64,000 bases of DNA. Source: Okamejei kenojei (lineage: Eukaryota). Shown here in pieces: positions 1-11,884 of this stretch. The first letter of the stretch is position 1, and every line of letters begins with the position of its first letter. The stretch is taken from positions 1-64,000 of the forward strand of contig JAVHYY010000050.1 in the NCBI GenBank assembly GCA_035221665.1, in the 5' to 3' direction. Position numbers and translations under genes: made by a program. The notes below the pieces were generated by a model, which worked only from the letters and a program-made list of their open reading frames with translations, ran no database searches and had not been told where the DNA came from.

Positions 1-222
1 TATTAAATCAAAACAAAAAAAACCCCCCCCCTCCCCACACCCCCCCCGTTTTAGCGTTGTGTGTTTGTGTGTGCTCGTGTGTCTGAAGAATGGTGGGATA
101 AAAAATCGGCGGCTGATGTTTTTCTTGGCCACTGGACGACACTACTCAGAATATAAAGCAGAAGCTGATTTTTTCTGAGCTGCATTTAGCTTATTAACCC
201 CAGGGACATATCGGTTTACATT

Positions 223-224
223 CT

Positions 225-282
<58 letters not shown>

Positions 283-354
283 CCTCCGTTTCCCTCTCCT
301 TCTCCTCTCCTCTCCCCCCTCTCTCTCTCTCTCCTTCTCTATCTCCTCTCTCTC

Positions 355-385
<31 letters not shown>

Positions 386-470
386 GCCTCTCTCTCTCTT
401 CTCTCCCGCTCCCTTTACCTCTCCTCTCTCCCTCTCTCCCCCCCTCCTCTCTCCCTTTTTATCACTCTCC
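223..470. repeat. (TC)n / CT-rich microsatellite (paralogous tracts at 38685-38945 and 44300-44585)
   Basis: Directly visible. Confidence 0.95.
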
Positions 471-533
471 CTGTATTCAGAATAATTTTGCTTCTGTAAT
501 TTATCTTTGTAATCTTTCCATTTTTTTTTGTAG

Positions 534-3500
534 CGTTTGTGGTTAGAGCGTGAAGATTACGCAATAGAAAGGAATGGCATTTAGCTTGGAGGATTGGGAA
601 TTGATATGGGAGGAGTGCGATACACTAAGGGGCAGAAAAACGCTAGTGGTGTTGTGTCAGGGCCTCCTAACTAGGTAGTAGTGGAGTTGGGGATGGCAAT
701 CAAACAAGAAATTAGAAATGCGTGCTGCAAACGAAGGTAAAACCGGTATAATGGGTGACTTTCAATCTACATATAGATTGGGTGAATCAAATTGGCAGGG
801 GTGCTGAGGAAGAGGATTTCTTGGAATGTATGTTCGGGATAGTTTTCTAAACCAACATGTGGAGGAACCAACGAGAGATTAGGCTATTCTAGACTGGATA
901 TCGAGTAATGAGGAAGGGTTAGTTAGCAGCCTTGTTTACGTGGCCCCTTGGGCAAGAGTGACCATAATATGGTTTGAGTTCTTCACTAGGATGGAGAATG
1001 GACATTGTTAATTCAGAAACACGGGTTCCTGACAAGGTAAACTTTGAGGGTATGAGACGTGAATTGACCAGATGGACTGGCAATTGATTCTTGAAGGGTT
1101 TGACGGTGGATATGCAATGGAAGGCATTTTAAAGACTGCATGGATGAACTACAACCATTGTTCATCCCAGTATGGCAATAGAATAATTCAGGGAAGGTGG
1201 CGCATCCGTGGATGACGAGGTAAATCAGGGATAGTATCAAAGAAAAAAAATGAAGCGTACACATTTGCCAGAAAAAGCAGCCTACCAGGGGACTGGGAGA
1301 AATTCAGAGACCAACAGAGGAGGACAAAGGGCTTAATTAGGAAACGGAAAATGGAGTATGAAAGTAAGCTGGCAGGAAACATAAAAACTGACTGCAAAAG
1401 GTTTTATCGATATGTGAAGCGCAAAAGATTAGTTCAAACAAATGTAGGTCCCTTTGCAGTCAGAAACGGGTGAATTGATCATGGGGTAACAAGGACATGG
1501 CATACCATTGAACATCTACTTTGGTTCTGTCTTCACTAAGGAAGACATAAATAATTTGCCGGAAATAGCAGGGGATCGCGGGTCAAATGAGATGGAGGAA
1601 ATGAGTGAAATCCAGGTTAGCCGGAAAGGGGCGCGCGCTGTCTTCAGGGCCGATAGAACAGCGGAGGACTCCGGTAAGACCAAGGGCGGCGGACTGTGCA
1701 TTTATGTGAATAACACATGGTGTACAGATGCTGTCAGGATTGGTAGTCACTGCTCTGCTGACCTGGAATACCTGATGATAAAGTGCAGGCCCTTCTATCT
1801 GCCCAGGGAATTTACATCGATTGTTATCACTGCAGTCTATGTACCATCGGACGCTAATGCCAGGCTAGCAATGGAGGAGCTGCAAGCTGCTATCAGCAGC
1901 CAACTAACTGCACACCCAGAAGGGGCTTTTATTGTTGCAGGTGATTTTAACCACTCCAACCTTAAAACTGTACTCCCCAGATTCCACCAACATGTTTCCT
2001 GCCCAACCGCACGAAACAAGACTCTGGACTAGTATTCACCAATATTACTGAAGCATACAAAAGCCCTCCCCTCCCCCACCTGGGACAGTCTGACCAGCTC
2101 TCTCTGTTCCTGCTCCCCAAATACACACCTCTGATCAGACGTGTGAAACCTTTCCGTGTGAGGACAGTGAAGGTCTGGCCTGATGGGGCTGTCTCTGTCT
2201 TACAGGAACAGTTTCAGCAAACAGACTGGAGTCTGTTTGCCACCCAGGCCACCTTCAACTCCCAAGTGGACATCAACTCATACACCTCAACCGTTCTGGA
2301 CTATATAAAATTCTGCACGGACAACGTCACTACCTACAAAGCGATAAAGACCTTTCCTAACGAGAAGCCGTGGATGAGCAGGGAGGTCAGACTCCTGCTG
2401 AAGACTCTCGACGCCGCTTTCAAATCTGGCGATGCTGCGGGATACAGCTCATCCAGGGCCAATCTGAAAAAGGGAATTAGGAATGCTAAACTCAATCACA
2501 AACGGCGGATCAAGGAGCATTTCCGAAATAACTCTGACCCCAGGCGCATGTGGCAAGGAATAAAATCCATTGCCGATTACCATAAAATTAACACCCCCCC
2601 CAGACAATTGCCTCCTTCCTGACGAGCTAAACAATTTCAACGCCCGCTTTGACCGGGACAATAAAACTCCAGCCATCAAAGTCGCTCCACCCCCGCATGA
2701 ACAATCCCTCAGTCTCTCCACCTCTGCTGTACAAGATGCACTGAGCAAGGTGAATGAGCACAAAGCTGCCGGCGCCGATGGCATCCCCGGGCGGGTGCTC
2801 AGGGCATGTGCTGGACAACTATCCCTGGTCCTCACTGACATTTTCAATCTGTCACTGGCCCAGGGTGTCGTCCCCACTTGCCTCAAGACATCTACCATTG
2901 TGCCAGTTCCCAAACAATCAGCGACAGGAGTCTCAACGATTTTCTGGCCAGTGGCACTCACCCTGTCATCGCCAAGTGCTTCGAGCGGCTGATCCCGGCT
3001 GACCTCAAAGCCATCCTCCCCCCCACACTGGACCCCCATCAGATTGCCTACCGGACCGATAGGTCAACAGAGACGCCATATCGGCGGCCTACACTCTGCC
3101 CTGACCCACCTGGACAGCAATAACACCTACATCAGGCTGCTGTTCATTGACTCCAGTTCCGTCTTCAACACTGTCATACCCGCTAGCTTGATCACCAAAC
3201 TCAGCGGTCTTGGCATCTCCACTTCCCTCTGCAATTGGACACTGGATTTCCTCACTAACGGACCTCAGTCTGTTAGGATCAACAACCTCACCTCCTCCAC
3301 TATAACACTGAACACCGGCGTGCCACAGGGCTGTGTGCTCAGTCCTCTCCTCTATTCTCTCTTCACCCATGACTGCATCCCTAAGTTTAGCTCCAACGCC
3401 ATCATAAAATTTGCCGACGACACCACGGTGGTAGGACTGATCAGCGACAACGACGAGTCAGCCTACAGGGAGGAGGTCCAGCACCTGACAACCTGGTGTG

Positions 3501-5757
3501 CCAATCACAACCTCGTCCTCAACTCCCAGAAAACGAAGGAAATCATTGTCGACTTCAGAAAAAAACAGAGGGGGCAGACACCCCTCCATCCATATAAAAG
3601 GGACTGAGGTGGAGCGTGTCTCCCACTACAAATTCCTCGTGGTACACATCTCGGAGAATCTGTCCTGGTCCCTCAACACCTCCAAGCTGATCAAAAATGC
3701 GCAGCAGCGCCTTTACTTCTTGAGGAGGCTCAAAAAAAGCCCAACTGTCCCCCCAGATCCTGACCAACTTTTACCGCTGTACCGTTGAAAGCATCCTGAC
3801 CACCTGCTTCACGGTATGGTACAGCAGTTGCACCGTAGCAGACAGGAAGGCACTACAACGGGTGGTGAAAACCGCCCTGTACATCATCGGTGCCCCGCTC
3901 CCTGCCTTGGATGCCCTCCACCGAAAACGGTGTCTGAGACGGGCTGGGAAGATCATCAAGGACCCCTCCCACCCTAACCATGGACTGTTTGCCCTCCTAC
4001 CATCGGGGAGGCGGTACAGGAGAGCCTCAGGTCCCGCACCAGCAGGATGAGGAGTAGCTTCTACAATAACACCATCGCACTGCTGAATTCCCGCCGATAG
4101 AGTCCCGCCGATAGATTCCCACATCTGTATTTATTTTTCTGTATTTATTTATCTGTACTGATCTAAACATTGCTATCACTACGTACTGACACTAACTGCA
4201 TTTCGTTGTACCCATGCCTGTATCTGTACAATGACATTAAATTTGAATGAATTGAAGTGGTGTTAGGTACATTGAATGGATTAAAGGTCGATAAATCCCA
4301 GGGCCAGATAGGCTGCATCCCAGGGTACTTAAGGAAAGTAGCCCCAGAAATAACAGATGCCTTAGTGATAATTTTCTCAAAACTCTTTTTAAAAAGGGAG
4401 GGAGAGAGAAAACGGGGAATTACAGACCAGTTAGTCTAACATCGGTAGTGGGGAAACTGCTACAGTCAATTATTAAAGATGGGATAGCAGCGCTTTTGGA
4501 AAGTGGTGAAATCATTGGACAAAGTCAGCATGGATTTACGAAGGGTAAATCATGTCTGACGAATCTTATTGATTTTTTTGAGGATGTAACTAGTAGAGTG
4601 GATAAGGGAGAAGCAGTGAATGTGTTATATCTGGACTTTCAGAGGGCTTTCGACAAGGTCCCACACAACAGATTGGTTTACAAACTAACTGTCTGGCAGA
4701 CAGGAAGCAAAGAGTAGGAGTGAACGGGTCCTTTTCAGAATGGCAGACAGTGAATAGTGGGGTGCCGCAAGGCTCAGTGGTGGGACCCCAGCTAGTTACA
4801 ATATACATTAATGATTTGGACGAGGGAATTAAATGCAACATCTCGCAGTTTGCGGATGACACGAAGCTGGGGGGGCAGTGGTAGCTGTGAGGAGGATGCT
4901 AGGAGGCTGCAGGATGACTTCGATAGACTCGGTGAATGGGCAAATGCATGGCAGATGCAGTATAATGTGGATAAATGTGAGGTTATCCACTTTGGTGGCA
5001 AAACAGGAAGGTAGACTATTATTTGAATGGTGACCGATTAGGAAAAGGGGAGATGCAGCGAGACCTGGGTGTCATGGTACACCAGTCATTGAAAGTAGGC
5101 ATGCAGGTGCAGCAGGCTGTTAAGAAAGCGAATGGTATGTTGGCATTCATAGCAAAAGGATTTGAGTACAAGAGCAGGGAGGTTCTACTGCAGTTGTACA
5201 GGGTCTTGGTGAGGCCACACCTGGAGTATTGCGTACAGTTTTGGTCTCCTAATCTGAGGAAAGACATTCTTGCCATAGAGGGAGTACAGAGAAGGTTCAC
5301 CAGACTGATTCCTGGGATGGCACGTCTTCCATATGAAGAAAGACTGGATAGACTCGGCTTGTACTCGCTGGAATTTAGAAGATTGAGGGGTGATCTCATA
5401 GAGACTTACAAAATTCTTAAGGGGCTGGAAGATTGTTCCCGATGTTGAGGAAGTCCAGGACAAGGGGTCACAGGTTAAGGATAAGGGGGAAGTCTTTTAG
5501 GACCGAGATGAGAAAATCGTTTTTCACACAGAGAGTGGTGCATCTGTGGAATTCTCTGCCACAGAAAGTAGTTGAGGCCAGTTCGTTGGCCATATTTAAG
5601 AGGGCCCTTGTGGATGAAGGGATCAGGGGGTATGGATGGAAGGCAGGTGCAGGATACTGAGTTGGATGATCAGCCATGATCATATTGAATGGCGGTACAG
5701 GCTCGAAGGGCCGAATGGCCTGCTCCTGCACCTAATTTCTATGTTTCTATGTTTCTA
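534..5757 (+). mobile_element. CR1-type LINE (degenerate ORF2), split by a nested Rex1/Babar element
   Basis: EN/RT fragments (GKSCLTNL, DFQRAFDKVPH, LVRPHLEYCVQFWSP); (TTTCTATG)n 3' tail at about 5735-5757; ORF2 resumes at about 4257 after the insert. Confidence 0.88.
1628..4256 (+). mobile_element. Rex1/Babar-type LINE nested in CR1
   Basis: APE domain GGGLCIYVN...CRPFYLPREFT...AGDFN; [22 protein letters not shown]; 3' end ACAATGACATTAAA followed by (TTGAA)n-like tail; frameshifted. Confidence 0.85.
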
Positions 5758-5789
5758 CTTTCAATTATGCTGGTGGACAAACTGGGGGA

Positions 5790-6920
5790 CTTGGGACTTC
5801 CGCACTCCACCTGCATGTGAATGAATAGCATCCTATCGGGTCGCAGCCAGAGAGTCAGAGTGGGCCATCACACATCCACGGCCCTCAGCCTCAGTGTCGG
5901 CTCTCCACAGGGCTGCGTGCTGAGCCCCCTGCTCTACACCATCTACACACATGACTGCACCCCCACCCACCACAGCAACACCATTGTCAAATTTTCGGAT
6001 GACACTACGGTGGTGGGACTCATTTCCAGGGGCGACGAGTACTCCTATCGGGATGAGGTGGAACAGCTGACAGTGTGGTGCGGAGAAAATAACCTGCTCC
6101 TCAACACCTTAAAGACCAAGTAGATAATAATAGACTTCAGGAAGAACAAAACTGACATGGTACCACTGATCATCAGAGGGGACTGTGTGGAGAGGGTGGC
6201 GGATTTCCGCTTCGTAAGAATCCATATTGAGGAGGACCTGACGTGGAGCGTGAACACTTCTGCGCTGCTGAAAAAGGTCCAGCAGAGACCGCACTTCCTG
6301 AGGGTGCTCGGGAAGAATAACATCACTCAGAGATTGCTGCTGTCCTTTTATCGGTGCTCCATTGAGAGCATCCTAACATACTGTATATACATGTTGTACA
6401 CCAGCTGCACAGCGGTTCAGAGGAAAGCGCTCCAGAGGGCCATTGACAACGCCCAGAGGATTGTCGGCTGCCCTCTCCCTACCTTGGAAGACTTACACAG
6501 TTCCCGCTGCATCAAAAAATCCCAGAATATTATAAAGGACATTTCCCAACCCGGACACTCCCTGTTTGAACTGTTGCCGTCAGGCAGACGATACAGATCT
6601 ACAAGGACAAGGACAAACAGACTTAAAAACCGTTTTAACCCCACTGCTATAAAGGCACTAAATGTAGCCACCAAGGAACGCAGGGACTAAGGGACTGTGG
6701 TTGGTACACTGTGAAATCGACAGAAGGATGTAGGGTTGGGTGGTTATGCGTGCTATTTTCGTATTTATTTTAGTTGTTTATCTTTTTTAATATGTTACCT
6801 TGTATGTATCGTTAGCTTTTAGAAATGTTTGAATGGTGCACTGACTGGCTGACGTTTTTTTAAATTTCTTTGTACATGGTTCATGTTACAATGACAATAA
6901 AGGAACTATTCTATTGTACT
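5790..6920 (+). mobile_element. 5'-truncated Rex1/Babar-type LINE
   Basis: [28 protein letters not shown]; 3' ACAATGACAATAAAG...CTATT. Confidence 0.82.
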
Positions 6921-7053
6921 CTAATGTATTTTTGTAGTATTTCTCTTTCTCTTCTTTCCCTCGCAACGTGCAATCAATCCATACGACACTGAGGTTCTCG
7001 GATAGCGCCGCAGATGTTCTGCAGAGCTGTGTGCCTGTATTCCGCCACGCTGA

Positions 7054-7092
7054 GGTTTTGGTACAGCTATCTCACTGCAATATGTCACTGTG
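7054..7092 (-). other. RSS (23-bp spacer) of supporting V-delta 1
   Basis: CACAGTG (7092-7086), 23-nt spacer, ACCAAAACC (7062-7054). Confidence 0.92.
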
Positions 7093-7398
7093 CGATGCGC
7101 GGACTCATCCCACAGTAATACACAGCCTCGTCGCTCGGCAGTACTTCAGATAGCGTTAACTGACAGATTTTCTGGCCAGGATCGAGAGAACCAGTAATAC
7201 GACCTTCGCCAGCCTCTTCCTTATCTTGCTTTCCTGAAGTGTGTCTTTGAAGCAGGAATTCCAGAGCCTGCCCTGCGAACTGCCGGTACCAGTGTACTGT
7301 GTACGAGCAGAATCCGGAATATACGCAGTTAAGAGTGACAGTGTCACCAGAAAGAGAGGATTGTTGAGGCGGACTCTGGGAACCCGCGGAAATTGAAT
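7093..7398 (-). CDS. TRDV: Leaderless supporting TCR-delta V of NAR-TCR cassette 1 (intact)
   Basis: Acceptor TTATTTTCTGCAG|AT (phase 1, matches J1 donor); DSISAGSQSPPQQSSLSGDTVTLNCVYSGFCSYTVHWYRQ...LSEVLPSDEAVYYCGMSPRI; extra CDR1 Cys; no leader exon seen upstream. Confidence 0.9.
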
Positions 7399-7564
7399 CT
7401 GCAGAAAATAACAGAATTGTTATGGTTTTAATATTGACTGTTGTAGACTGTGACATGCGCAAAAAGTGATTACCGTCTCCGATAGTTCATCACATGTTTG
7501 CAAAATGTATGGAAACGTAATTTATGAATCTTGTAATTGTTCTTGCGACGTGTTGAGTCTTAAT

Positions 7565-7885
7565 TTCGTTCAGTTTAGTTTACTTTAGTTCAGTTTAGTT
7601 CAGTTTAATTGAGGGACACAGCGCGGAAACGGACCCTTCGACCCACCGTCCGCGCCGCCCTGCAATCCACGCACATTAACACTATCCCACACACACGATG
7701 GATAATTTACATTTATAGAGATTCAATTACCTTCAAAACTGTCCGAATTTGGAGTGTGGGAAGAAACCCTAGATCTCGGAGCTCCCGACTCCGGGTGATG
7801 TCGCTCCGGAGTCGGGATCGAACTCGGGTCTCAGGTGCTAACAGCGCTGTTGGGCAGCAGCTCTACCGTTGCGCCACCGTGGTGA
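7565..7885 (-). mobile_element. tRNA-derived SINE (HE1-like) in the J1 to V-delta intron
   Basis: Minus strand CACGGTGGCGCAACGG (A box), GAGTTCGATCC (B box), (CTAAA/CTGAA)n tail; paralog at 45255-45530 plus 48721-48790 is split by a CR1. Confidence 0.75.
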
Positions 7886-8439
7886 AAATCACCAACGAAT
7901 ATTCGCGAGGTCAAAAGGGAAATTTGAAACATCCCACGCTTTGTATTAAGAGTTGTTTTTATTTTCACTGGGCCACATCCTTCTGCGTTTTTACTTTCAT
8001 TTAATTGAAGAACAGTTTTTAGTTTTCAATCTTGGTCGCCCGCTTTTTGTGTTTGCGGTTCATATCTTCCCCTCCCGAGAACCGTTTCAACAGTTCTGGC
8101 AGCTGTCGTTTGCTTTCAGTTTGTGGAATGTTTACAGTGGGTCCAGCTTCACTCGCAGCCCAACTACTCTCCTGCCAACCTCCCTCTGTTTCCTGGAAAT
8201 AAGAAAGAGATTGTTTCCCAGGCTTTCACATGCAGCGGGCGTGGATCAATCCCATGGATAAACGTTTAAGCCTATTGTAATGATAAGGCGGTTAGCATGA
8301 CTTCAATGGTTTGTACGATTTTAGAGACCATTCGTAAAAATGAGGTTCCATTTACTTTGAAGCACGTGATAAAATCGGCGAAGTCAGCAAGGGGGGGCTC
8401 TTGCCCGACAAATTTGGTGAAAATCTTTGTGAACGTAAC

Positions 8440-9260
8440 AAGCAGTTTGGAGAAAGGAAAGTCAGAAATGCTGCTTACTTAAATTTTCTGATGTATATTT
8501 AACGGGGCAGGACGCGAAGCGGCTAATTAAGATTGGAGTATTTTTGTTAGAGATAAGATATCAGTATGGATAGAGGATAGGCTGTCCGTTGCAGGGCCAA
8601 AATATTGGAATAAATGTGAAAATTTCCGCTTGCTGCCATTGACTAATGGGTGAATGTTGGGTCCACTACATTTCACGGTGTATGTTTACGATGAAGGTAT
8701 TGATGGCTTTGCGGCTGATATCGCGGACGATGCAAAAAATAGGTGAAGGGGCAGGTAGTGTTGAGTAAGCATGGAGTCTGCAGAGTTACTTCAACAGGTT
8801 AGAAGAGGGGACAAATAAGTGGCAGAAGGAATACTACATAGCAGACTCTACGGGAATGCACTTTGGCGGAATAAATAACGATGTCGAGTTTTTTGTTCTA
8901 AATGGGGAAAGGATTCAGAATCTGTGGTGCAAAGCGACTTGGGAATGTTGGTGCGGAAATTCCAAAGCGTGAATCGTCGTTGAGGGTGACAAATTACATT
9001 TCAGCATTCATTTCCAGATGACTAGAATAGAAAAAAACAGGAATCTAATGTAAATGGCAGTTTTTTTAGGCACTGATTGGATCACATTTGAAATATCGCG
9101 AGCCGTTTGCGATCCCGTATCTGAGGACGGATATGGTGGCTTTAGAGATTTCCAAGCGGAGATTTACGAGAAGTATTTGAGGGATCATTCGGTCGCGCAT
9201 AAGAAGTGTTTGCTAACTACACGCCGACACACGCTGGACTTGAGAAGGATAAGTTCTCAT
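8440..9260 (+). mobile_element. Old degenerate CR1 RT fragment
   Basis: Remnants of ADDAKIG, EEWTNKWQ and LEY-like motifs; paralog at about 49900-50640. Confidence 0.6.
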
Positions 9261-9649
9261 CACTCTGATCACTCTGATTGACATTTGAGCAGCATTGACA
9301 TCGGCATTTCGGCCTCGCGGTCCAAACTCGGAAACGTTCCCCCTTTTCCCTGAATTGATCCTTGCCACATATCGCAGTCTTCACCCACGCACTTTTCGTT
9401 TTCACTTCCAACGAAGGATTTCAATTTCCCTAACGGGCAAATGGCCTAACTCTACTTCTATGCCTTATGGTCTTTGTCGTTGTTTTGGATGTGGGCACAG
9501 CTGTTAAGGGCAACAGTCATTACCTGTTAGAATAAAAAGTAACGATTCCAGGGTGTTCAAATGTAATCTGTTCCGACAACGGAATAGTGACATTCTTAGG
9601 AGCAGATGCACACATGCCTAGAAATGCAATATGCTTTATCAGAAAAGAG

Positions 9650-10040
9650 AGTCATAGAGTCATGGCGCGATACAACGAGGAAACAGGCTCTTCAGCTCTC
9701 GTTGCCCTCACCGGCCAACATGTCACCGCTACGTTAGTGCCAACTACCCGCGTTTGGTCCAAATCCATACAAATCTGTCCTGTCCATGTACTTGTCGAAC
9801 TGATTCTTAAACAGGGGGATAGAGCCAGCTTCAATTATGTATTCTGGCAACTTGTTCTGTACACCCACTACCCTCCGTGTGAAAACGTTACCCCTCAAAT
9901 CCTATTAAATCTACCCCTTCTACTTAAACCTGTGTCCTCCGGTCCTCGACTCACCTACTCTGCACATGAGATTCTGCGTATCTACCCGATCTATTCTTCC
10001 CATGATTTTATACACTTCCGTACGATCACCCCATTCCTCT
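9650..10040 (-). mobile_element. CR1 3'-end fragment
   Basis: Reverse of ESRTGGHRF/GNVFTRRVVGV; paralog at 51020-51410. Confidence 0.65.
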
Positions 10041-10619
10041 CTTAATGTTTGATACAAAAACTAACTCAATAATTTAATTGCCACAATCCTAGAGCAACAA
10101 AAAGAAACAAATCCTTTGTATAACCAGAGACAATTATGAAAAGTTTATGAACACAAAGTGCTGCAGTAACTTGCCGACCAAGAGGGTGAATTCCCATAGT
10201 GTTTTGGAGCAAGCCGGTGGTTTGGTGGTATCATTAACTGCGCGGGTCAGGCAGCATTTCAGGAGACCATTGATAGCCGAGGTTTTGTATCTAGACTTCT
10301 GAATCCGATTTCAGCGTCCACATTTCCTTGTGTCTGCATAGAAATTCATAGCTGTGGTTAGCACTGTGTGGTGTTTTCGATCCTGATGGTTTTGGGGAAG
10401 TAGCTATTCTTGAACCTGATTAACTTTGTGCTCCCGGGAAGCTCTACATATCCTCTCATTGGACTCGCGCGTACCGTAACATCTGGAGCAAGTTGCTGGA
10501 ACCCTTTGTAAATAGAATCTATTTTAATTGGAAACCAATTGATGCCTCATGATCCAACATTAAAGGAAACTGAATATTTCCAATGTCAGCCGTGAATAAG
10601 AGAGGTTTAGGGCACTTAC

Positions 10620-10677
10620 CGGCTGTGACAGTCACCGTAGTCCCCGTCCCCTCCTGATAGTAAGTGCTCCATGAAGC
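10620..10677 (-). CDS. NAR-TCR J segment 1 (ASWSTYYQEGTGTTVTVTA)
   Basis: GxGT-VTV J motif, 5' RSS, donor G|GTAAGT (phase 1). Confidence 0.92.
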
Positions 10678-10716
10678 CACAGCGCCTCGTCTCTCGATGC
10701 TCGCAGTACAAGAACA
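10678..10716 (-). other. RSS (23-bp spacer) of NAR-TCR J1
   Basis: On + strand CACAGCG (10678-10684), 23-nt spacer, ACAAGAACA (10708-10716). Confidence 0.85.
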
Positions 10717-11025
10717 GTTCTCCGTTCCATTTGCCCGGCAGCCACAAGACTCGCTGTCCAATTATTCCAGGAGTTTCAGACCAACCAGTAACAGTCCTTG
10801 CTCCCCAATCCTCGGTGGGTCGACGGGTTCCCGCTAAGAAACAGAGCTAAGAGCAGAGTGATCCCCCACGCAGGCTGGTCTGCTTTGACAAACACGGAAC
10901 CAATTATTAAGGAATGTTAACGGAATGTGGTAATCCCTATGTAATTTAACTGGACTACAGCGTCACGAACAACAATCGCTTGATTTTGTTTCCGGAACCC
11001 AAGGACATATATGTTGAATGGGGTG

Positions 11026-11095
11026 AGTTTTTATTCGACTCTCCTACACTGTGGATATCCCGTCCCACACGTTGTTCCGCGTCACTTTCAAATCC
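11026..11095 (-). other. NAR-TCR D segment 1 (coding 11067-11054, TGGGACGGGATATC) with 12/12 RSS
   Basis: 5' RSS GGATTTGAA-12-CAACGTG (11095-11068); 3' RSS CACAGTG-12-ATAAAAACT (11053-11026). Midway between V and J; same layout in cassette 2. Confidence 0.85.
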
Positions 11096-11420
11096 CCAGG
11101 CGCTGGAAAAGTCGGGCGGGCAGGAGATTAACGTTCAGCGAATGTTTTTTTTCAGATTGCATTTTCTGTAACTAGATCCCGTCTGGAGTTGTGCATCAGA
11201 AGAGTGGTCAGTCATTCTCGATGGCAGTTCGGTTACACCATTTTCTGGAAAGGAGGCGTTATCCAGCCGCATTCGCCAAATAGAGAAACCCCATTGTTTG
11301 AATCGCACGCATTTCATCTGGTACAACCTAGAATGCAGAGCAGGCGGGACAACGCGGGACGGTGGGTTACCCGGCGGATTCAGCTCGCGTCTTCACGTTG
11401 TTACTAGAATCTCCCTTCAG

Positions 11421-11458
11421 GGTTTTTGTATTGCTGGAACCGTAGACCCATCACTGTG
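11421..11458 (-). other. Recombination signal sequence (22-bp spacer) of NAR-TCR V1
   Basis: CACAGTG (11458-11452), 22-nt spacer, ACAAAAACC (11429-11421); perfect heptamer and nonamer. Confidence 0.95.
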
Positions 11459-11751
11459 TTTTCTCCACCTGTACTCAGCTTGACAGATATAGGTGGCGAT
11501 GTCGTCAACTGTCAAACCACGAATTTTCAACGTAAAGGTCTTTTTCGCTTTATTGGTCGACACAACAACCCGTCCACCTGTTCTGATCCGCTGCCGTTCA
11601 GCACCGGGTTGTGCTTGCTTGAAGAAATGTCCTACACGAAATTCGTAGCTGCCACTGGAACCTTCCTGGAAAAGGCAGGTGATTGTGAGGGGTTGGCACT
11701 CTTTTCCAGTCACCGCATTCGGGCTCTGGGTCACTGACTGACTGAAGGTGT
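11459..11751 (-). CDS. NAR-TCR (IgNAR-like) variable segment, cassette 1
   Basis: Acceptor ...TCATCCACAG|AC; open frame TFSQSVTQSPNAVTGKECQPLTITC...GHFFKQ...GGRVVVSTNKAKKTFTLKIRGLTVDDIATYICQAEYRWRK. VNAR-type short FR2-FR3 lacking CDR2, non-canonical FR1 Cys (KECQ), directly followed by an RSS. Confidence 0.92.
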
Positions 11752-11884
11752 CTGTGGATGAAACACAGGGAGAGGTGAGTGGGAATTCGAGGCGCACCAT
11801 GGAAGAAGGATAAATCGCGGACAGTGTTTGAAATTCAGGTCAGGTTAAACCCGCACTGTGTGGGAGTACGGGACCGGTACTCAC

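Noticed and set aside
7085-7462. ORF-track start MRMSQSTTVNIK as a leader for the V-delta
   Set aside because: It reads through the polypyrimidine tract and splice acceptor and is not a convincing signal peptide; the exon starts at 7398
10362-10368. CACTGTG heptamer in the J to V-delta intron
   Set aside because: No acceptable nonamer at 12 or 23 nt
10850-10900. Possible second D segment (CAGAGTG ... ACAAACACG)
   Set aside because: Heptamer- and nonamer-like motifs are not at 12 or 22/23 spacing and there is no opposing RSS; only one D per cassette is supported
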